From positions 4,030,001-4,094,000 of the forward strand of contig OY986946.1 of NCBI GenBank assembly GCA_963920595.1: a stretch of DNA of 64,000 bases. Direction: 5' to 3'. The notes beneath the pieces are model-generated. The model ran no database searches. It saw only the letters and a list, made by a program, of their open reading frames with translations, and was not told the origin of the DNA. Positions 55,626-64,000 of the stretch are shown here, piece after piece (within the stretch, counting starts at the first letter, position 1; each line of letters opens with the position of its first letter). Source of the DNA: Eimeria praecox (taxonomy: Eukaryota). The position numbers were made by a program, and so were the translations under genes.

Positions 55626-58600
55626 TTAGGCTGCTGACTTCTTTTCCACCACAGCGAGCAGCACGTGTCCTTCAGGGAATCCAGCCTCTCCTTCTTGTGG
55701 TTCTGGAGCGGGGAGCAACATCAGCACTCTCTCTGCAGCCTGGCAACGCCTAACTACTCCCTGCACACAAACACGCACTTGCAAAAATGACATGGCCATT
55801 CAGAGACGCCTACAGAACCACCTTGCGGTTATTGAAAGCTGCAACGCCCAAGTGTTGAAGACACCGCGGCTGCACGTGCAAAAGGCCTGCGAAGACTGTT
55901 GAGCCGCCATGAAAAGAAGACAGTTCCAAAGCCACGCAAGCCGACCTACCGAAAGAAGTTTAGGCTTCTTATTGCTTTCCAGAAAATCATGCCATGATTT
56001 CAAGAGTGCCTTTGGCGAAATAATTGCCGTGGGAGGCTGCCTACAACAAATAAAAACGAACGAAGCTGGAGCGACTTGATAATGGGCTGATCAAGTCATG
56101 AAGCCACAGGGCCTTTCGCCCCATGCAGCAAGGCGTCAAACTGAATTGAGTGCAACAGGACAAGAAGGCGACAACAGGCGTTCCGCTTACAGTCCCTTGC
56201 TCGCGCGAGCCGAAACGTGGGCCTGCAAAAGAACACAAAAATATCACGCCCAATCTGAAATGCAAGTCAACCCCTTTTGCAGCCGAGAAGTATCAACGAG
56301 CACCCCTCGCACTTTCAATTTCCTCAACAATATCAGATGCTGCAAAAGGAGCTTCATGGCAGCGATCAATAATATACCGCACCGTACCTCAAGGTGAGTG
56401 CAGTAACGATCCAGGACAGATAACTCCAACTGCCTTCCTGGAAGCATCTGCTGCAGCTGATACCTGAAGGGAATTGGGCAAATAAGAGGCAAACTGCAGT
56501 GGGGGGATTTGATCCGCGTTAGCGCCTGGGTTTTTGAGAATACGAGCAAGAAGCGACGCAATCCCAATGCTTCCCTCTGCTAAAGCCGTGCGGATTAGGA
56601 GATTTTGTTTCTACATGCATGAGCGCAGCTACGACAGATGCCCCATCAGTATGCAAGGCCAGTTGATTGTTGAACAGCCTTACCTGAGCAACGTCAATCC
56701 ACCGACATCCACCTCGTCTGTGGGTAATCCTTCGGTTAGGTCTAGAGCTTCTGCATTCGCAAACAACGCCCGGAAGCTTTCAGACCATCGCCCAGCTTCT
56801 TTAGCCACTGCCGTTTTCCCCCACCCTTTTTATAACGTGCACTCAAATGCTTTTGGAAGGGTAGCCTAGCTTTAACAGCTCGCAGCACCGCTGAAAATGG
56901 TGAAGCAATTCATACCTTCAAAATCTTCAAGAAGCACTTCCCCCATATCCCCGAACTTGGGGGACATCAGCTGCTGAACCAGAGGCATTTGGAGCTGAAA
57001 GCAGCACAGGACAGAAGATAGCGGCATGCTTCACGGATGTCAACAAACACACCAACAGGATCGCACGAATACGCGCTGGAAGGCATTCCTTCGGAGTAGA
57101 GAAAATTGAATCGAAAAGAAAGCCAAGCCCGTAGCTCGTCCTTCGTCAACTCATACCGCTTCCTCTGCCGATGATGGCTTCTTGGGAGGTCCCCATTCCT
57201 CCGGCGGCTCGTCGTCAGATTGCTTCCTCAGGCCCTTTCTTGGTGTTGGCTCAGGCTTCTGCGCACCCCCTTCGGCAGGTACCTCCTCGGGTGTATCGGA
57301 CGGCTTTTCAGGTGTTCCCTTTGGGTCTTGAGGCTGATCCCCTGGAGTCTGTTTGCCGTCGGCATCACCGGGTGCGTTAGCATCGGCCTCCTGAGCCTCG
57401 GGCTTACCGGCTGCAGTACTTGCTGGATCCGATCCAACTCCTTTACCTTCCGACATCGGTGTCTCATGCACCTCTGCTTCAAGGTCTGACGCAGCCTTCG
57501 CCGCAGCGGCCGTCTCTGCTGCAGTTTCACCATCACCTAATGCCTTCTCAGTTTTCTCCTCAGCAGGTTTTGGTTGAGGCGGAGCTGGGGTCTGCGTTGG
57601 CTTCGAGGGCTCCTCTGGCCCAGGCTTCTCCGTAGTGGGTCTCTCTCCTCCAGCTTCACCATCACCTAATGCCTTCTCAGTTTTCTCCTCAGCAGGTTTT
57701 GGTTGAGGCGGAGCTGGGGTCTGCGTTGGCTTCGAGGGCTCCTCTGGCCCAGGTTTCTCCGTAGTGGGTTTCTCTGTTGCAGTTTCGCTATCGCCTAATT
57801 CCTTCTCAGATTTCTCCTCAGCAGGTTTTGGTTGAGGTGGAGCTGGGGTCTGCGTTGGCTTCGAGGGCTCCTCTGGCCCAGGCTTCTCCGTAGTGGGTTT
57901 CTCTGCTGCGGCTTCACCATCACCTAATTCCTTCTCAGATTTCTCCTCAGCAGGTTTTGGTTGAGGTGGAGCTGGGGTCTGCGTTGGCTTCGAGGGCTCC
58001 TCTGGCCCAGGCTTCTCCGTAGTGGGTTTCTCTGCTGCGGCTTCACCACCACCTAATGCCTTCTCAGTTTTCTCCTCAGCAGGTTTTGGTTGAGGTGGAG
58101 CTGGGGTCTGTGTTGGCTTCGAGGGCTCCTCTGGCCCAGGCTTCTCCGTAGTGGGTTTCTCTGCTGCGGCTTCACCATCACCTAATTCCTTCTCAGATTT
58201 CTCCTCAGCAGGTTTTGGTTGAGGTGGAGCTGGGGTCTGCGTTGGCTTCGAGGGCTCCTCTGGCCCAGGCTTCTCCGTAGTGGGTTTCTCTGCTGCGGCT
58301 TCACCACCACCTAATGCCTTCTCAGTTTTCTCCTCAGCAGGTTTTGGTTGAGGTGGAGCTGGGGTCTGTGTTGGCTTCGAGGGCTCCTCTGGCCCAGGCT
58401 TCTCCGTAGTGGGTTTCTCTGCTGCGGCTTCACCATCACCTAATTCCTTCTCAGATTTCTCCTCAGCAGGTTTTGGTTGAGGTGGAGCTGGGGTCTGTGT
58501 TGGCTTCGAGGGCTCCTCTGGCCCAGGCTTCTCCGTAGTGGGTTTCTCTGCTGCGGCTTCACCATCACCTAATTCCTTCTCAGATTTCTCCTCAGCAGGT

Positions 58601-61231
58601 TTTGGTTGAGGCGGAGCTGGGGTCTGCGTTGGCTTCGAGGGCTCCTCTGGCCCAGGCTTCTCGGTAGTGGGTTTCTCTGCTGCAGCTTCACCATCACCTA
58701 ATTCCTTCTCAGATTTCTCCTCAGCAGGTTTTGGTTGAGGTGGAGCTGGGGTCTGTGTTGGCTTCGAGGGCTCCTCTGGCCCAGGCTTCTCCTTAGTGGG
58801 TTTCTCTGCTGGTTCGTCACCTTGCTGCTTAGCAGATTCTGCTTGGGCTGGAACCGGGGACGGTGGTGACGAAGGGGGCTCCTCTGGCACAGGCTCCAGC
58901 GTAGACGGCCTCCTGTGTAAGCCTTCACGGGCAGCGGGTCTCCGCGCGCCTTGCTCCCTAGGAGATTTCATGGCTCCTTCGGATGCTTGTTCGGATTCAG
59001 CGGATGGCTGAGTTCCAAATATCTCATCTAATTCCTCGTCGTCAAAATCAAATTCCTCTCCTTCATCGTCGTCAAGGCTGTCATCCCCCTTCTGCTGGGC
59101 TGCGGACGAAGAAGGCTGTTCTGGTTCAGGCTTTCGTGGTGCGGGTTTCTGCTCCTCTCTTTCGTCTTTCCCCCCTTGCTTTTCTGTCACCTTCTCTTCC
59201 GACTGTACTTTTTCTTCAGACGCCACCGGCCGAGCTTCAGCCGAGCTGGGTTGTTGGGGTCCTACCACGGCAGGCTGAGGCACAGGGAATGCCGGGGGAG
59301 TTCCCTCCGGCGACTGAACACTTGGCTTACGCGTACGTACGGCTGGTACTGGCCGTACAGCAGGCACTTCCTCTTCCTTCTCCGGCTTAGGGGGTGGAGT
59401 GGTTGGAGTTGGAGGCTTGGTTCGGGGGAGAGCTGCATTGCACGCAAAACGTATACACAGCAAACAAGACAGTTTTCAAATCAGACCCAGCAATCGAAAT
59501 GCCTCTAGTGTCACTTCTGAAAGGCTTCTCAGGTGTGGCACGGAAACCCTTCATCACACAGCGCCAGAAGAAACATAATCATAAACCTCATCCTTGGCAG
59601 TTACGTTTGCTTACGTTTGATTCCTGGGGATGGTCCAGTCGCCTGCATGCAGCGTACGCAAACATTCTTAAAATCACATATTTGTGCAACTATGCTTCGT
59701 ATGTTTCGAACAACTTTGCCGTCATAGCATCATGCAATACAGTAAGGCGCCCTAACACCTCGAATCATAGATGTTCACTAGGGCTACGCAGGCCCTCTCT
59801 AACAGAAATAACCCCCACTCCCTTTCTAAAGGAGAACAGGTAATAAATTCGCCCCTGAAGCCATGAATACAAATTTGCTCGTGAGGATAACGCTTCCCGC
59901 CCACTGCAGAGCAGCGTCGAGGCAGCGAGAGCAACCCACCATACCACGCAACAATCAACATCACAAGCAAGCAGAGCAGCAATAGTGTGATCGATATTCT
60001 CATTACGAGTAGCAGCGAGCGAACCAGAGATAAATGCAACGCCTGTAGCACGTCAGCATTCGCTGCAAGCGCATTCGCGCTATATGGCAATGAGATGTCA
60101 GACTTGCCTCATCAGCCGGTACATCCTCGCTTGGCCTCCGAAGAAGCGGAGGCGTAGTCCTTTCATGTGGTATAGGCGGGCGAATAGGCTTGGGTGGTTC
60201 TTCACGAGCAGCGGGCTTGGGTGGTTCTTCACGAGGAGTGGGCTTGGGTGGTTCTTCACGAGGAGTGGGCTTGGGTGGTTCTTCACGAGGAGTGGGCTTG
60301 GGTGGTTCTTCACGAGGAGTGGGCTTGGGTGGTTCTTCACGAGGAGTGGGCTTGGGTGGTTCTTCACGACGAGGGGGCTTAGGTGGTTCTTCACGAGGAG
60401 TGGGCTTGGGTGGTTCTTCACGAGGAGTGGGCTTAGGTGGTTCTTCACGAGGAGTGGGCTTGGGTGGTTCTTCACGAGGAGTGGGCTTAGGTGGTTCTTC
60501 ACGAGGAGTGGGCTTGGGCGGTTCTTCAGGGCGAGTGGGCTTGGGTGGTTCTTCAGGAACCTCATCTCCCTTCGGTGGTATCGCTCCTTTACGTTTAGCA
60601 AGCTTCTTCACGTCTGGTAGAGGCGGCAGTACTCTGGTAAGCGGTGACAGCCCTGCAGGAATTTTGGCAGGGGGTTTCGGTTCTTCAGGTTGTTGTTCTG
60701 GTTCTTTTGGCTCTCCCTCAGGTGGAGCTGGAGGCGGAGGAGGCGGCCCGGCCGGCGGTTTCAACCCTGCTGGTGGCTTCTTTGGAGCAAAGAGGTTATC
60801 TGCATTAAATCAGGCACACTAAAATGGTAAGAGTGCACTCGCCTTCGAATCAGTTTGTTTGCAGATGACTGTTTCCCCTCCATGGTGAAATAACTTCAAC
60901 TCAGCGTGTTTCCTGGCCCGTGCCCGTGGTCCACGGGGCATACTATACGTGTCGTCTGCATACCGGGAAGAGGGGGAGCCGGAGGCGGAACAAAGGGCTT
61001 CGGAGCAGCACCGCGATCGCCGAGTCCAGGTTTAAGCGCCAGCAACACGCCGGCAGTAATGATAAGTAGAACAAGGCCCGCAAGCTTCCCCTGAGACTTC
61101 TTCGGGACAAGGGATTCATCTAGATTTGGAGGAGCCGGTGCAGGAGATTCTGATCCATCTGGTGGAGTCAGCTGCACGGCATCACCTGCCAAGGCTACAT
61201 CGGGTAACTGTGTCCCCCCAGACGGCTCCAT
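55626..61231 (-). CDS. Multi-exon hypothetical membrane protein with Pro/Glu/Lys tandem repeats and a non-repetitive C-terminal domain
   Basis: Exon 61231-60964 carries TM GLVLLIITAGVLLAL and joins in phase to exon 60799-60108; a large exon spans ~59433-57157. Downstream in-phase exons read ...VGGLTLLR|YQLQQMLPG...THLE|HLILLRKLK...|QPPTAIISPKALLKSWHDF...LLS|AAERVLMLLP...KKSAA*. The start and some internal junctions are unresolved. Confidence 0.65.
57520..58810 (-). repeat. Coding tandem repeat, 129 bp (43 aa) x 10
   Basis: Unit AEKPTTEKPGPEEPSKPTQTPAPPQPKPAEEKSEKELGDGEAA; copies are near-identical. Confidence 0.95.
60178..60555 (-). repeat. Coding tandem repeat, 27 bp (EEPPKPTPR) x 14
   Basis: Counted directly in ORF 60003..60764. 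Confidence 0.95.
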
Positions 61232-62989
61232 GGGGCCCCTGGAAAGCTTGCTCAAACAGCTTGTGGCTCCACGGTGAACTGTGGGTTAGGGCAAAAAGCT
61301 CAGCAATAAGAAGAGAAAACCCTTCTTTTACGTGTTGATGCTACGGATATTACGCCAAAAATACGGAAGATTGCCCCATGAATATCCCTGCCTGGGGTCG
61401 GATGCAAACCCAACAGCAAACTTCCGCGTTCAGTTCTCTGCTCTCCACGTCCACAAAACTCAAGCAGAAACCGCGGAACTACCTTTCCCAAAAAAGCTAT
61501 CCAAAGGCCCCTACATGAAAAAGAAAAGCCGATAGCTGCTCTGAGCCAAGTGGAAGACCGGAGGTATGCCTACCCGCACCCGTGGAAGCGGTGGAGACAT
61601 GGTGGCCGCGACAGTGGCATCTGAGTAGCCCTGCTGACGGTTAGTGTAAACCGACCCCTTTTCCAAAGATCGAATAGACGAAAACGCTGTAGATGTGAAA
61701 TTTCCAAGCCTTGAACCCCCGAAATAGAAAGTTGTTCAACATATAGAACCCGTACTACTCCCCCGTTACGCTCGGGAACGGAAGAGAAGCATCCTCTGGA
61801 CAGGTGGGGTCGAAAAAAAAGGCAGAGAGTACCCCAGCAAATGATTAATAAATGCTGTTATATAATCATATTTTATTGCTTTGAGCGCAAATAACCATGA
61901 TATGAGGGGAAAGAGCTCGTTTTCTTTGCTGTAGCGTGGCCGGTCGGGCGCTAGCCCTAGATCTTGGCAGGAGACCCTGGTGAGCTCCGGAAGCGCCGAT
62001 CTACTAAACGTACGAGTTCTTCAAAAGCATCTAACCTTCCATCCAGTCTCCAATCATCCTGGTTACAGCTGGGAAAAGCCTCAGAGCTAGTGAGGATGGG
62101 AGGCTGTAGCATTGCCTGCCATCGGCTGGACAATGTATGCCTACCTAAAAGGCTTTAATCTGCCTGAAGTTGGTAGATGCATTTTCAGTTGGGCACAGAC
62201 TGCCTGCTGAGGGCAAAGTAAACATTTGTGTTCTGTCTAGAGTGGTGCAGCATGGCTTATCTCATGTTCGAATACACATTGCTACTTGCAGCCTACTAAG
62301 GGGCAACAGGGTGTTAACATCAGGCAGTGCAAAAGGCTAAGACGTTAACTCATACAGTAAAAGAGAGATTGGAAGTGGACTCACGGGAGCTGCCCTGCAG
62401 CATTAGTTAGCGCAAAGCGCGTCGTAGCTCACTGTAGGCTGGCCCTTGCTCCCACTAGTCCCCGGCCCTTGGGAAGCCGAGCCTAGGAAGCCTGGAGGCA
62501 ACAGTGGAGGCCCATTGCTTTGGGGAGCTCTATAATTAGGGTCCCGGCTCTAGTGCTCTATTGGAGCTCGCAGCACTCCTCAGCTAGGATTGAGGACCCT
62601 CGTTACATGGAAGCTCCGCGTGATGGTTATACCAAGGCAAACGTGTCACATTTCCGTAGCACATTCAGAGGACACAAGGCTTCCGGCATCCGACGCTATG
62701 CAAGCTTACTCTCAGGTCGGCAAAGGAATGGACTGGCAGAAATGAGAAATCCTAATCCAAGGAAGGTGCTGCTAGAGCGCTACACCGAGAAACATCAGTC
62801 CTTGATGAACAAAAGCCCAGCGGAGGAGTCAGAACTTCTATATCAACGATTCAAAGCAGGGCTATCCCGAGGAGCGAGAAAATCGGAAAGGAACTGAGCA
62901 GTGGATAGCGAAGTAAGGGGTGAAAGTGTATAGCTTAGCAAGCATGCCCGCTTCATCCCTTGCTCGACTTCAGTTACAGCACGATAGGC

Positions 62990-63910
62990 CCAATCAATTA
63001 TTAGTCACTTCTGCAATCTCAATGATTTTTCGAAAAACTACTGGCAGGAACCAGAAATTCGTCGGCGCCTTCTGGCGCAAATCTATGAAGCGGCTTCATG
63101 CTGATCATAGCATGACCACCGTTGAACACCTTTATAAAGACAGTCACACTGAACGTATCAGTCTCACGCTTGTGCAGTATTTGACACTCTATGCTCAGCA
63201 GAAATTATATAGCATCACGATTTCCTTTCCTGAGCAGCAGAAAACGTTTATAATGCATCAGTATACTCTTCGACTTGTTGCTTTCCAGCTTCATACTCGG
63301 CACTAGACCTGGCTGTTAGAAGCAGGCCCCATAAGATCGCAGCTTTCGACATTTACACCCAGCTTGCGGCGCCACCGTAATGCACGAGGAAGACGCAACA
63401 GCGCACAAGACTACGCCCAGCCCCCCGTGAAAAAGGGTACCGGCGCCAGAAGAATATATGGCTAACGACACTTAGCAGCAACACTCGCACAAGTTGGATT
63501 CGTTCTAGTGATTTCGGAAGCTTTTTGTAAGGCGTTGGTGAAAGATCCGCACAAGAAGTTCGCCACTTGTTGTGCAGGGCCCTTTACTGTTCGTCCCTGG
63601 GCTAACGCGTTGATGTGCATCGTGACTTGACCACCACATGGAGATGCCATCATAGCATCCATCTTAGCTGTCACAAACGATTTAGGGAAGCACGAAAAAA
63701 GAACTTCCCGAACTCCTAAAGCAGAGCGGCAGCAACGTCAGTGCGAGAAGGAACAACAGGAGGCAAACGAGGTCCTGGACACCGATATGTGACGACAAAA
63801 AAGACCACAGATAACGAGGATACAGCGGTAAATAGCCAGGCGATCGGCAGTTTAAATAGGTTCCAGAGGATCGCTTGTGCAATGCATATCTTGTGGGGCA
63901 CCTACGTGTC
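62990..63910 (+). mobile_element. Decayed Ty3/gypsy (possibly chromovirus) integrase remnant
   Basis: RNQKFVGAFWRKSMKRLHADHSMTTVEHLYKDSHTERISLTLVQYLTLYA resembles the rve core. KKFATCCAGPFTVR (~63553-63594) matches the GPY/F motif. Weak chromodomain-like AYLVG near 63885. Confidence 0.8.
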
Positions 63911-64000
63911 TTTCTCGCTTCAGCGACGACTGCTGGCGTGAATACATGCAGCGCAGCTTAAGTGGGCATTGGGGCATTGTGCTTCTCCGTTCGGTGGCTG

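Noticed and set aside
57520..60555. CRISPR-like array
   Set aside because: The units are contiguous, in-frame coding repeats with no unique spacers, in a eukaryotic context with no cas genes.

Overview
Eukaryotic, intron-rich DNA with the hallmarks of a coccidian apicomplexan, most likely Eimeria: (CAG/CTG)n tracts, interstitial (AAACCCT)n, TGCATGCA and (AGCT)n. The species cannot be determined from this window. Most supplied ORFs are repeat artefacts, so genes were rebuilt by hand from splice sites and phases. Bases 1 to ~45.5 kb are repeat-rich and gene-dense. They carry a PAC3/PSMG3-like 3' end, an ISP-like PH-domain protein, a mitochondrial TMEM65-GAF fusion, a candidate 32-aa spliced microprotein, PEX3, a small basic protein gene with associated box C/D snoRNAs, AsnRS with two in-frame starts, a secreted membrane-anchored PEBP-like protein and an ApiAP2 factor. 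Bases ~45.5-64 kb are repeat-poor. They hold several decayed Ty3/gypsy retrotransposons, a palindromic ~300-bp island, and a Pro/Glu/Lys tandem-repeat membrane protein gene. The most interesting items are the TMEM65-GAF fusion, the snoRNAs, the microprotein and several GC-AG introns. All family assignments come from motif recognition by eye; no database search was run.
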